Source of the DNA: a virus | Lineage: Duplodnaviria > Caudoviricetes | Length of the DNA: 64,000 nucleotides | IMG/VR virus record: IMGVR_UViG_3300028412_000003 | Reading direction: 5' to 3' (one strand) | Shown: positions 8,767-18,003 of the stretch, one piece after another | Layout of the letters: each line of letters begins with the position of its first letter | Position numbering within the stretch: position 1 is the stretch's first letter | The notes under the pieces: model-generated | The model's database searches: none | Told to the model about the DNA's origin: nothing | Seen by the model: only the letters and a program-made list of their open reading frames with translations | Made by a program: the position numbers and the translations under genes

Positions 8767-11700
8767 TTAACCTAGACCAGCTATTTCGCCAGTATTCTTC
8801 AATCTCAATGGAATATAGATGAATTCAACTGCTTTGACTGGTTCTATAGCAATATCTAAATATAGCTCATTCCTGTCAATTCTAGATGGCGTATTGTTAG
8901 TTTCGTCACATACGACCAAGTAATCATAAACTCCTCTTAGTCCAACTAATTCAAGTAGCAACGATTCTGCTGCCTGCTTAATTTCGTCACGTGTGATTTT
9001 ATCATTTGGTTCAAACAAGTATGGCTTAGAAAGTGTTGTAAGCTGTCTACGTAGGTAAACTACCAGTCTTGCAACATTAATTCTATCAAGTGATGAAGAA
9101 CCACGTGCTCTTGTCTTTTGCCCGTAAGCAACAAGTCCAGCGCCTGTTATGAATGTAATTGGATTCACATCTACTGAGTAAAGTGTGTCTCTTTGACCTT
9201 CGTTTAGAGCCACTGCTACAAATTCTCCTTCGTTATTTACATAACCGGTTGAAGTTGCATTAGTGATGCCGCCACGTCTGGTTCCTGCCGGAGCAAACCA
9301 AGGATAAGCAATTTGGTCGTTCAGTGCAATTGTGCGTAGCATCATGTGGCTTGGTGGTACAACTACGTTGTTACCAAAGTTATCACTAGTAAAGCCCCAA
9401 GGGTAATAAACGCCCATGTACTCGTCTCTTGACACCAATCCGTCGTCGTTGTCTTCTACAACAGTATTAACGTTAGTACCCCAATTATTAAGTGAAGTAG
9501 CATCAGGTGTGAGCCTTGCAGGCGAGTCTGCTACGACAAATGCCGTTAGTCCACGATCAAAGTTTAGAGTGATCATTTCGCCGATCAATTCTGGATATCC
9601 TGGGCATGCCATTAAGTTGAATAATCTTGATTCGTCGTCTCTGATATCTTGATTGCTGTTAACCAATGCCTGTAATGCCTGTACAACAACCTTACGTTGT
9701 GCCTTACGGCCAAAAGATCCACTACCGTCTATGTCATTTGCTGATTCTGTAACCCAACGATGTGGATAATAACCATCCATGCTTTCGTCGTTATTAAATC
9801 TTATATTGTCGTCATTTACATCAATATAATTGCGCTCAAAACGCTTTACATTGAATCCTGAACGACGCAAATTCCAAAGTAACATTCCTCTTGGATACAA
9901 TGCAGGATCTGGTGCATCAAAGTCTAAAAAGTTGCTTATTAACAACTCATCAATATCTCCTGCAACATTACTGTTTGCTCCGGAAGTATTATAACGAGCG
10001 TCGTCAAACAATATACCGTCTTCAGTTGTTTGATCTGTTTTATCAACTAGGTTCCACTGAAGTAGAGCACCGTCATACTTATAAATTGTAGGATAATTTT
10101 CAATATCTGCTGTATCAATCCAAAGATCACCATTTACTAATGAAGTACCATCACTTTGTGTTGTAGGTTCGGTTGCAGCAACAATTGGTCCTGCTGGATC
10201 TGTTTGTGCCGTATCGTCTACATCATAAAATGGACTGGTTGAATCAAGGTATCCAACCCATGTGTTTCCATTATGTACCATTATATCAACTTCATCAACA
10301 ACTGATGAGTACCAAAGACGTCCGTCAGTTGTAAGTGCAGTTGGAGCATCTTCGCTTGCAGTATATGAAAGGACTTGCCAATTTGTTGCTAAGAAATCTG
10401 ACGAAGCTGAATCTCCAGCTGGAGCAGTATAAAGATTTACTGTACCGTTATTTGCATCAACATATGCACTGAATCCCATCTCTAAAAGTGTTCCAATTGT
10501 ATCATTTAGACGGAATTCACCACCTAACTTATGTTGAATTACAACCCTATTACTTGCGTCAACGCTTGCTACGATGTTAACCAATCCAGCTGAGTTGATA
10601 GCACCTGCTATTACGTCAGCATCGCTTGATGCACCAGTTGCCGTTCCTGTTACAGTAACATCTGCTGCTAATGAAGCACTTCCAATTACTGATTCAAAAA
10701 TATCAAAGCTAAATGCACCTGCTGAAATATTGCTTGTGATTGCCCTTGAAGTTATCGTTGTGCGACCTGATGCCCTACGACGGTATATCTTAAAATCTGC
10801 AAGAACTGGTTCGTCTTCTGCATCATTATACTTAACATAAAGATCACCAACTGCAAGATTTAATCCGCCGCCGGCTGGATCCAAATTAGAAATAGCAGTT
10901 TGGTTATCTGCATAAAGCGGAGCTTCTACATTATCAAAAAGTAATGTATCTCCGTTATATACCTTAACTCTCCATCTTGCTCCTGCATTTGGTTGTGTAG
11001 TCTTAACCCAAATAGAACCTGTTGGACGAGAATTTGTATCTGTTAGTTTATATTGTGGTACATTGGTGTGTCTGCTAATTTGAATCTTTGGAGCATAAAA
11101 TACACCAGCTGTTAATCCTGCCGCTGCTAGGGAACCAGTTCCCTCAGCAAGTGTTAGGTCAATACCATTTGTATAAATTTCAAGTGAACCATCAACTGCT
11201 GCTGCTGTAACACCAGATATCAAAGCACTGTTTATATCATTAGCAAGAACAGTTACGGTTGTGCCACTTGCTGTAACGGTTGATCCATTAATTACAACAG
11301 TTTCACCGTTTGTTATAGTTGGGTTGCTTGCAGTACCACGTACTGTTGGCCAGCTTGCTGCCCAATCACTTGTTCCAACTTCTACCCATGTACCTGTTGA
11401 ATTTTTATAAAATAATTTGTTAAGAGTGGTAGTTGCAACTAGAGCATAATCTCCAATTGCGCCAACTGAAGTCTTTGGAACTCCGCTGCTAACTCTTGTA
11501 GTATCGGTTATAACTAGAACATCCTGTACGGAGAAACTTTGTCCACCTGTTGTAGTCTTAGGATTACCGTTCCATTCAAAAACACCAAAACTAGTATTCT
11601 GTGTGTCAAACCAATATGTTCCATTTGTAGGAGGTCCTGCTGGTTCGTTTGCAGTTCCTTCAATTTCACTTAAATCAATATCTGCACGAACTGCCCACGC

Positions 11701-12018
11701 TCTATTAGAAACACCAAGTATTGAATAAAGTGCTTGCAATCCATATTCATTCTGTTCACCTGCATGAATTGGATTATTGTTAGTGTCGGTCTTAAATATT
11801 GCATCCCCAAACGTTTCGGAAGCATCACGCTGTGATGTAAGCAAATAAGGTACTCCGGCATTCGCTTTAAGCGTGCCTGATGCAGTTCCGGTTCCTGCTG
11901 GATTTGATTTATCTTGTGCTGTTGCAATGAAAACCATTGGAACAGTGCCCGGTTCCGCTGGAGTGTAAAAACTATCGTTAATTACGCTTACTTCTACACC
12001 TGGTGATACTAATGCCAT
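8767..12018 (-). CDS. gp18: Contractile tail sheath protein, enlarged (1083 aa)
   Basis: LVSPGVEV N-terminus; YPWFAPAG.RRG, RINVARL, IEPVKAVEFIYIP C-terminus. Confidence 0.95.
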   Translation of the reverse strand: MALVSPGVEVSVINDSFYTPAEPGTVPMVFIATAQDKSNPAGTGTASGTLKANAGVPYLLTSQRDASETFGDAIFKTDTNNNPIHAGEQNEYGLQALYSILGVSNRAWAVRADIDLSEIEGTANEPAGPPTNGTYWFDTQNTSFGVFEWNGNPKTTTGGQSFSVQDVLVITDTTRVSSGVPKTSVGAIGDYALVATTTLNKLFYKNSTGTWVEVGTSDWAASWPTVRGTASNPTITNGETVVINGSTVTASGTTVTVLANDINSALISGVTAAAVDGSLEIYTNGIDLTLAEGTGSLAAAGLTAGVFYAPKIQISRHTNVPQYKLTDTNSRPTGSIWVKTTQPNAGARWRVKVYNGDTLLFDNVEAPLYADNQTAISNLDPAGGGLNLAVGDLYVKYNDAEDEPVLADFKIYRRRASGRTTITSRAITSNISAGAFSFDIFESVIGSASLAADVTVTGTATGASSDADVIAGAINSAGLVNIVASVDASNRVVIQHKLGGEFRLNDTIGTLLEMGFSAYVDANNGTVNLYTAPAGDSASSDFLATNWQVLSYTASEDAPTALTTDGRLWYSSVVDEVDIMVHNGNTWVGYLDSTSPFYDVDDTAQTDPAGPIVAATEPTTQSDGTSLVNGDLWIDTADIENYPTIYKYDGALLQWNLVDKTDQTTEDGILFDDARYNTSGANSNVAGDIDELLISNFLDFDAPDPALYPRGMLLWNLRRSGFNVKRFERNYIDVNDDNIRFNNDESMDGYYPHRWVTESANDIDGSGSFGRKAQRKVVVQALQALVNSNQDIRDDESRLFNLMACPGYPELIGEMITLNFDRGLTAFVVADSPARLTPDATSLNNWGTNVNTVVEDNDDGLVSRDEYMGVYYPWGFTSDNFGNNVVVPPSHMMLRTIALNDQIAYPWFAPAGTRRGGITNATSTGYVNNEGEFVAVALNEGQRDTLYSVDVNPITFITGAGLVAYGQKTRARGSSSLDRINVARLVVYLRRQLTTLSKPYLFEPNDKITRDEIKQAAESLLLELVGLRGVYDYLVVCDETNNTPSRIDRNELYLDIAIEPVKAVEFIYIPLRLKNTGEIAGLG

Positions 12019-12145
12019 CTTTTGTTCTCCTTCGACTATATAAGAATGTCGTCTGTCTCATCTATATTTAGTTGATGGGAAGAAAAAATAACTCTTATAT
12101 CATGTGATAAAGGGGCACTAAAGGTTTAGTTTGATTAAATAAGTT

Positions 12146-12487
12146 ATGAGACCACTTTGTATATGCGGAATGCGTGCTGCCGCAGTTAATTATAAAAAAG
12201 AAGGACGAACATTTTATAGAAAGAAATGCGAGATTTGCCTCAAACACGGAGGAACAGGTCACGGGATCCCAAGATGGAAACAGAAGGGATACGTTAAAAA
12301 ATCAGAATGCGAAAAGTGTGGATTTAAAAGTAAACACTCGGAACAGTTTAATGTTTTTCATATAGATGGAAATCTTGACAACTGTCGATTAACAAACTTA
12401 AAAACGGTTTGTGCAAATTGCCAAAGAATTTTACATCTAAAAGATGCTAAAACATGGAAGCAAGGCGACCTAAGGCCAGATTTTTAA
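12146..12487 (+). CDS. Zn-finger/HNH-like protein
   Basis: CxxC pairs and FHIDGNLDNCRLTNLKTVCANCQ; the last His of the usual CANCH is Gln. Confidence 0.7.
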   Translation: MRPLCICGMRAAAVNYKKEGRTFYRKKCEICLKHGGTGHGIPRWKQKGYVKKSECEKCGFKSKHSEQFNVFHIDGNLDNCRLTNLKTVCANCQRILHLKDAKTWKQGDLRPDF

Positions 12488-12983
12488 CTCTACCATATAA
12501 ATGATCTAAATTCGTTTCGAGTTGAGCTATATCTCGATTATTGTCAATTATAAAATCTGCCATCCAAGGTTCTATGCTAATAATAGATGAATCTTCCGGA
12601 GGAAGATGTTCTGACCGGTCAACCCAAACACAATAGTCAAAAACACCCTGTAGTTTCATTGAATTAAGTTCGCGCTTACTTCTACACCCACAATAGATAT
12701 TATATTCAGAAAATATAGATTTACCAAGAGCGGCGGCATCCTCTTCACAAAAATCTGAAATTAATTTAAACCATTCTGCTCGACGATTGTGTCTATCAAT
12801 ATAACAATCTTCTTCTGTTTTATAACCATATTTGTCTTTTAATTGATCAAATATAAAAAGTTTTGAACAAAACTTTGAACTACTTTCAAAAGTAAATCCG
12901 TATTTGTCTCTTAATATTTCACAAGCAGTATCTTTGCCATGTCGTCCGTGACCTACTATCATTAATTTTGGGGTTTGACTCAT
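12447..12983 (-). CDS. Deoxynucleoside monophosphate kinase-like protein
   Basis: P-loop GHGRHGKDT, CVWVDR, IIDNN; T4 gp1-like pattern. Confidence 0.78.
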   Translation of the reverse strand: MSQTPKLMIVGHGRHGKDTACEILRDKYGFTFESSSKFCSKLFIFDQLKDKYGYKTEEDCYIDRHNRRAEWFKLISDFCEEDAAALGKSIFSEYNIYCGCRSKRELNSMKLQGVFDYCVWVDRSEHLPPEDSSIISIEPWMADFIIDNNRDIAQLETNLDHLYGRVKNLALGRLASMF

Positions 12984-13005
12984 ATGTTCTCCTAGTGTTA
13001 AGTAG

Positions 13006-13034
13006 AATATAACATATTTTTAGATAAATGTCAA
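13006..13034 (-). promoter_or_regulatory. Sigma70-type promoter for the kinase gene
   Basis: TTGACA-17nt-TATATT with extended TG. Confidence 0.75.
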
Positions 13035-13121
13035 CCTATTATACGATCGGGAATCATCATTGTTAATAATTTTAATAAGTATATCTTTCATACACCTATT
13101 TATTCTTAACCAACAAGAAAT

Positions 13122-13880
13122 CTAGCCGATGGTGAAGGAATACCCCACTCCGCCGGCTTCTTGATTTTGTAGTGCTAGGTCGAGTTTTTCCATTTCGGCT
13201 TGTGCTTCTGCTTTTAAAGAATCGCCATTTAGTGAAGAACCACCTTGAGGTCCTGCTATGGTTGCAAATTTAGAACGTGCTTCGCCTAACATATATTTAC
13301 ATGATGCAAGGGTATAATCCTTTATCCATTGCTGAGAAAGATAATCTGCTAACAAAATGCTATCCGGTCTATAATTATAAGCATAAAGCATCACTTCTTC
13401 TTTACCGCGAGGGCGTTGAAAGATTGTTAACTTGCGAGTAGGCATGTCCCATTTGTATGTTATAAATCCACCAAACATACGTCCAACTAGTTCTTGATAC
13501 TGAGCAAAGAAGTCGTAAGTTGCTAATCCGCCCATATTTGAACTTGAAAGTAAGTATGTATTAGTATAAGCAAGGTTGAATGGTTCAAAAACTGTTCCAC
13601 TTCCATCACCACCGCCGGATCTTGATCCAACTGACCTACGAAATATTTTTCGTACTTCTATTACTTCTTTTGGAAGAGTATACTCGTTTTGGTCTTTTAC
13701 TAATTCAAGAAAGATGTAACTTTCTTCAACAGAATTATCCGAACGTTGTCTGTATTTACTAAGTGCTTTTGACAAAGCAACTTCATAATGTATTGGATCA
13801 AGTTCTACATCAACCATACCTCCACCTAAGAAAGCATTAACGTAATCAAATATTTCTTGTTTTTCAGTAGCAGTTGCCAT
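13122..13880 (-). CDS. gp13: Neck protein gp13-like
   Basis: LGGGMVDVEL, YTLPKEVIEVR, KYMLGEARSKF, GPQGGSSLNG. Confidence 0.85.
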   Translation of the reverse strand: MATATEKQEIFDYVNAFLGGGMVDVELDPIHYEVALSKALSKYRQRSDNSVEESYIFLELVKDQNEYTLPKEVIEVRKIFRRSVGSRSGGGDGSGTVFEPFNLAYTNTYLLSSSNMGGLATYDFFAQYQELVGRMFGGFITYKWDMPTRKLTIFQRPRGKEEVMLYAYNYRPDSILLADYLSQQWIKDYTLASCKYMLGEARSKFATIAGPQGGSSLNGDSLKAEAQAEMEKLDLALQNQEAGGVGYSFTIG

Positions 13881-13891
13881 AGTATTCCTCC

Positions 13892-13915
13892 ATTCATATT
13901 TAGCTAAATATGAAT
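13892..13915. promoter_or_regulatory. Perfect 24-bp palindrome made of two back-to-back late promoters (GCTAAATA)
   Basis: ATTCATATTTAG|CTAAATATGAAT between divergent gp13 and gp14. Confidence 0.8.
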
Positions 13916-13934
13916 AGTAATTAGGAGAAAGATC

Positions 13935-15089
13935 ATTCCACGTCTTAGCTTATATAAACCGGAACGCGGTAAAGATTATCAATTCTTTGATAAAACAATT
14001 GAAGAAATGTTTATTGTCGGCGGTACTGATGTATTTGTTCATAAGTATCTTGGACCAAAAAATCCATCTGACGAAGACGCAACAGCAGATCAACCACAGT
14101 ATGATAGTGTTAATGTCACTAACATACAGGATCTATTGTTTCTTGAGAATCGAGATAGAGATTACGAAGAGGACATTTATACCATTCGTGGAATTTATAA
14201 TGTACAAGATTTAGATTTTGACCTATCTCAATTTGGATTATTTCTCAGCAACGACGTATTGTTTATGACAATTCACATTAATAGATCTGTCAAGACGTTG
14301 GGAAGAAAAATAATAATAGGTGACGTAGTTGAGCTTCCTCATTTAATTGACGATTACGGATTAAATGACTTAGCTTATTCACTTAAAAGATTTTATGTAG
14401 TTGAGGATGTTACTAGAGCAGCTGAAGGATTTTCTCACACATGGTATCCACACCTTTATAGACTAAAACTAAAACAAATTTACGACGGTACTGAGTTTGC
14501 AGACATATTTGATAGACCGGCTGGCGAAAATGATGATACTACGTTGCGTGATGTAATGTCAATGTGTGCAAAAGAAATGGAAATTAATGCAGGAATTTTG
14601 GCTCAAGCCGAAGCCGATGCTAAAAAATCAGGATATGAAACTAATCATTACTACACTCTTGATTTAGACGAGAATGGAAAAGCAGTTATCAATACAGCAG
14701 ACGAAACAGATAGTTTTGTATCTGACGGAACGGTTGATCAAGTATATGGTAATCCTGACCGGTTGGGTTACAAAGGTTATCTAATTGGTTTAGATGAAGC
14801 ACCAAACGGAGCACCATTTGGTTCTGGTATCTCCTTTCCTACTAATAGCGCACCTGGTTCTTATTATTTAAGAACAGATTTTATGCCAAAAAGATTATTT
14901 AAGTACGACGGAACTCGTTGGGTTAATGTGGTAAGTGACGTAAGAGAAACACTTTCAAATACAGACACTCGTAAAACACAACTTGGAACGTTCATTAACA
15001 ATACTAATACTAGTGAAATTGGCGGCGAAACTATACAGGAACGTCAAAGTATCACCAAAGCACTACGTCCGCGCGCAGATAACGTATAA
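13935..15089 (+). CDS. gp14: Neck protein gp14-like, proposed ATT start
   Basis: DLLFLENRDRDY, DFDLSQFGLF, GDVVELPHL. The frame is open upstream of the track's ATG (14007) to ATT, 7 nt after SD AGGAG. Confidence 0.8.
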   Translation: MPRLSLYKPERGKDYQFFDKTIEEMFIVGGTDVFVHKYLGPKNPSDEDATADQPQYDSVNVTNIQDLLFLENRDRDYEEDIYTIRGIYNVQDLDFDLSQFGLFLSNDVLFMTIHINRSVKTLGRKIIIGDVVELPHLIDDYGLNDLAYSLKRFYVVEDVTRAAEGFSHTWYPHLYRLKLKQIYDGTEFADIFDRPAGENDDTTLRDVMSMCAKEMEINAGILAQAEADAKKSGYETNHYYTLDLDENGKAVINTADETDSFVSDGTVDQVYGNPDRLGYKGYLIGLDEAPNGAPFGSGISFPTNSAPGSYYLRTDFMPKRLFKYDGTRWVNVVSDVRETLSNTDTRKTQLGTFINNTNTSEIGGETIQERQSITKALRPRADNV

Positions 15090-15100
15090 GGAGAGATACA

Positions 15101-16543
15101 ATTTCACAATTTTTTTATGATGGCCAGATTAGAAACTATCTAATTCAATTAATACGCATGTTGAGCAATTTTAAATATAAGGATGCAGGCGGCGAACATG
15201 AAATTCCTATTCTTTACGGAGACATGACACGTCAAGTAGCTAGTATATTACGAGAAAATTCAGAAAACAAAGTTCCTTGTGCACCTCGGATGGGTATTTT
15301 TATCACGGCACTTGAGCAAGATCGAGAAAATACAAGAGATCATTCGTTTGTTGGAAAGGTAAACATAAGAGAGCGTGCTTATGATTCTGACAATAATGAA
15401 TATCTTAACTATCAAGGAAAGAATTATACAGTTGAAAGGTTAATGCCAACTCCTTACAAGATGACAGTGCAAGTTGACCTTTGGACTACTAATACTGATC
15501 AAAAATTGCAGATACTTGAACAAATATTAATGATATTTCGTCCTCAAGTTGAAATACAAACAACAGATAACTATGTAGACTGGACTTCTCTCACTACGGT
15601 TAACCTTGATAGTATTAATTGGTCTAGTAGATCCGTTCCTCAAGGTATTGATGCAGAGATTGATGTAGCTTCATTAATTTTCTCTACACCAATTTGGATT
15701 AATCCGCCAGTTAAAGTTAAACGTCTTGGTGTTATTACCAATATTATTAATTCTATACATGACGAGCGCAAGGGAACAATTGAATTAGGTCTGTCAAGGC
15801 CGGAAGTTTCTGCTTATAGTGATACTGCAAGAGCAGGATCAACCGATGTAAATGGTATTAGAACTGCAACCACTAGCGAAACCGATCAATTAGTTAATAC
15901 CAATCATGAAAATTTTGATATAGTTATTAGTGGTAATACAATACAACTTGGTCAAAATGGATTGTTAAGTAATGTTAGTTGGCAAAGAGTTACTGAACCT
16001 CATCCAGGACAGTATCAAGAAGATATATCAAGAATTTATATTGTTCGTAAATTAAATACCTATATAGAAATGACGGGAACCTTTACTATTAATCCGCTGG
16101 ACGAAAGTAAAATAATAGTTAATTGGGATACTGATACCTTTCCAGACGATACAAGCATATCTGGTCCTGCCCGCAGTACCAATGCGTTTACTTCAATTGA
16201 TTATATAATTGATCCTTTAAGAACTAATCCAACTTCTCTCAAAACACCAGGTCTGCGTATCTTATTATTAGAAGATATAGGTAGTAGTGAAAATTCTTCC
16301 GGACCTACAGCATGGAAGAACTTAAATAATTCAGACTTTATAGCAAATGCAAATGATATAATTGAATGGACTGGATCTAATTGGGTTATAGTGTTTGATG
16401 CAAGTGAAAATACAGATGGATCTCTCACTTATACAACAAATCTAAATACAGGAATACAATATCGATGGGATGGTGAAGATTGGTTGTTGTCTGTCGACGG
16501 TGTTTACCCTGTAGGTACCTGGCGTCTTGAATTAAACGGTTAA
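15101..16543 (+). CDS. gp15: Tail terminator/sheath stabiliser gp15-like, proposed ATT start
   Basis: PRMGIFI, MPTPY, QKLQILEQI, DNYVDWTSL. The frame is open upstream of ATG 15158 to ATT, 7 nt after SD AAGGAG. Confidence 0.8.
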   Translation: MSQFFYDGQIRNYLIQLIRMLSNFKYKDAGGEHEIPILYGDMTRQVASILRENSENKVPCAPRMGIFITALEQDRENTRDHSFVGKVNIRERAYDSDNNEYLNYQGKNYTVERLMPTPYKMTVQVDLWTTNTDQKLQILEQILMIFRPQVEIQTTDNYVDWTSLTTVNLDSINWSSRSVPQGIDAEIDVASLIFSTPIWINPPVKVKRLGVITNIINSIHDERKGTIELGLSRPEVSAYSDTARAGSTDVNGIRTATTSETDQLVNTNHENFDIVISGNTIQLGQNGLLSNVSWQRVTEPHPGQYQEDISRIYIVRKLNTYIEMTGTFTINPLDESKIIVNWDTDTFPDDTSISGPARSTNAFTSIDYIIDPLRTNPTSLKTPGLRILLLEDIGSSENSSGPTAWKNLNNSDFIANANDIIEWTGSNWVIVFDASENTDGSLTYTTNLNTGIQYRWDGEDWLLSVDGVYPVGTWRLELNG

Positions 16544-16593
16544 TTACATTCAGTTAACCTTTAATTAGTTCTCGGTTTCTGCTAACTATTTGT

Positions 16594-17031
16594 ATGACGC
16601 AGAAAATTACCGCAACAGGATCCTTGTTTTATAGTTTTGAAACAAAAAGATTTCTTTTACTGCATAGAACAGACAATAAACCCTGTTGGGGACTTGTCGG
16701 AGGTAAAACCGAAGAAGGAGAAACTCCTTGGCAAGGTTTGCAGAGAGAAATTCAAGAAGAAATTAGATTTGATGATAAAATTATCAAAACAATTCCTTTA
16801 GAAACTTTTGTTAGCAACGATGATAAGTTTCATTTTCATACTTATTTGTGCATAGTAAAGAACGAATTTGTTCCTATATTAAATGATGAACATGATGGAT
16901 GGGCATGGGTTTCGTACAATCAATGGCCAAAACCATTACATGTAGGTTTAACAAACACATTAAGAAGTAGAGTTAGTCGTACTAAATTAGAAACAGTCTT
17001 AACTCTAATAGACGAATTATTGGAAATTTAA
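16594..17031 (+). CDS. NUDIX hydrolase
   Basis: Nudix box GGKTEEGETPWQGLQREIQEE. Confidence 0.9.
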   Translation: MTQKITATGSLFYSFETKRFLLLHRTDNKPCWGLVGGKTEEGETPWQGLQREIQEEIRFDDKIIKTIPLETFVSNDDKFHFHTYLCIVKNEFVPILNDEHDGWAWVSYNQWPKPLHVGLTNTLRSRVSRTKLETVLTLIDELLEI

Positions 17032-17402
17032 TGAGCAAACAAGAAGGTTATATAAAAAAAGGTTGGGGATATGAACTAATATGGGCGTCTACTGACAACT
17101 ATTGTGGTAAGATATTAGTTTTCTTAAAAGAAGGAAACAAAACTTCCATGCATTTTCATAAAAAGAAACACAAAACTTGGTTTATAAACTCAGGTAATTT
17201 TACACTAAAGTGGATCGACACTGAACAAGGAGTAGTTTATGAAAAAATACTTGAAGAAGGTAATACTTTTGTTATGAATCCATTAACTCCGCATCAACTT
17301 ATTGCTTTGTCAGACAATGCTTCTATAACAGAAGCAAGTACAACTAATGAATTTGATGATACTTTTAGGATTGTACCAGGAGATTCACAAATTGGCAGCT
17401 GA
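17031..17402 (+). CDS. Cupin-fold (sugar isomerase-like) protein
   Basis: KGWGYELIW, SMHFHKKKHKTW, PLTPHQL. Confidence 0.75.
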   Translation: MSKQEGYIKKGWGYELIWASTDNYCGKILVFLKEGNKTSMHFHKKKHKTWFINSGNFTLKWIDTEQGVVYEKILEEGNTFVMNPLTPHQLIALSDNASITEASTTNEFDDTFRIVPGDSQIGS

Positions 17403-18003
17403 TGTACTCGAAACTAGTTCGTTTCAAAACTTCTCAAGATCTAAATGTGTAATTGGTATTGACAGAGACGGTACTATTAATATTGATAAAGGTACTTATG
17501 TTTGGAAACCTGAAGATTTTAATCCTATCCCCGGTAGCTTAGAAGCTATAGCAAAATTAAGAATGATCGGTCACGGCATTGCTATTATAACGAATCAAAG
17601 TGGAATAGATAAAGGACTTTATACACCTCAAGACGTTGATAACACGCATGATTACATGCTAAAATTGCTTGGTGAAGAAGGATGTCCAAGTATAGATGCT
17701 ATCTATTATGCTGCTGGTTCACAAAAACAAGATCCATTTGTTAAACCTAATATTGGTATGTTTAAAAGATGTGAGAAAGAACATCCATACCTTAACTTTA
17801 AACAGGGATATTATGTAGGTGATAAAATAAGTGACTTGAAAGCTGCTTTAAAAGCAGGAGCCATTCCTGTTTTAGTTCGCACTGGCTACGGTAATGAAAC
17901 CGAAGAGCTATTAAACAGATTTACCTATAAGAGCATAGCAAAAAAGACCATGGTCTTTGATGACTTATGGTCTTTCTCATTATATTTAGAACAAATAGCT
18001 TAA
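17392..18003 (+). CDS. gmhB: D,D-heptose 1,7-bisphosphate phosphatase-like HAD enzyme
   Basis: DRDGTIN, ITNQSGI, KPNIGM, VGDKISDLKAA, VRTGYG. Likely TTG start after GGAGA (track gives 17347). Confidence 0.82.
   Translation: MAADVLETSSFQNFSRSKCVIGIDRDGTINIDKGTYVWKPEDFNPIPGSLEAIAKLRMIGHGIAIITNQSGIDKGLYTPQDVDNTHDYMLKLLGEEGCPSIDAIYYAAGSQKQDPFVKPNIGMFKRCEKEHPYLNFKQGYYVGDKISDLKAALKAGAIPVLVRTGYGNETEELLNRFTYKSIAKKTMVFDDLWSFSLYLEQIA

Noticed and set aside
12146-12487. HNH gene as an active homing endonuclease
   Set aside because: Only 113 aa, the final metal-ligand His is replaced by Gln, and it interrupts no gene; kept as HNH-like only
13062-13103. Nine-codon ORF (MKDILIKNY) after a late motif upstream of the kinase gene
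   Set aside because: Too short to tell from chance in AT-rich DNA without conservation data
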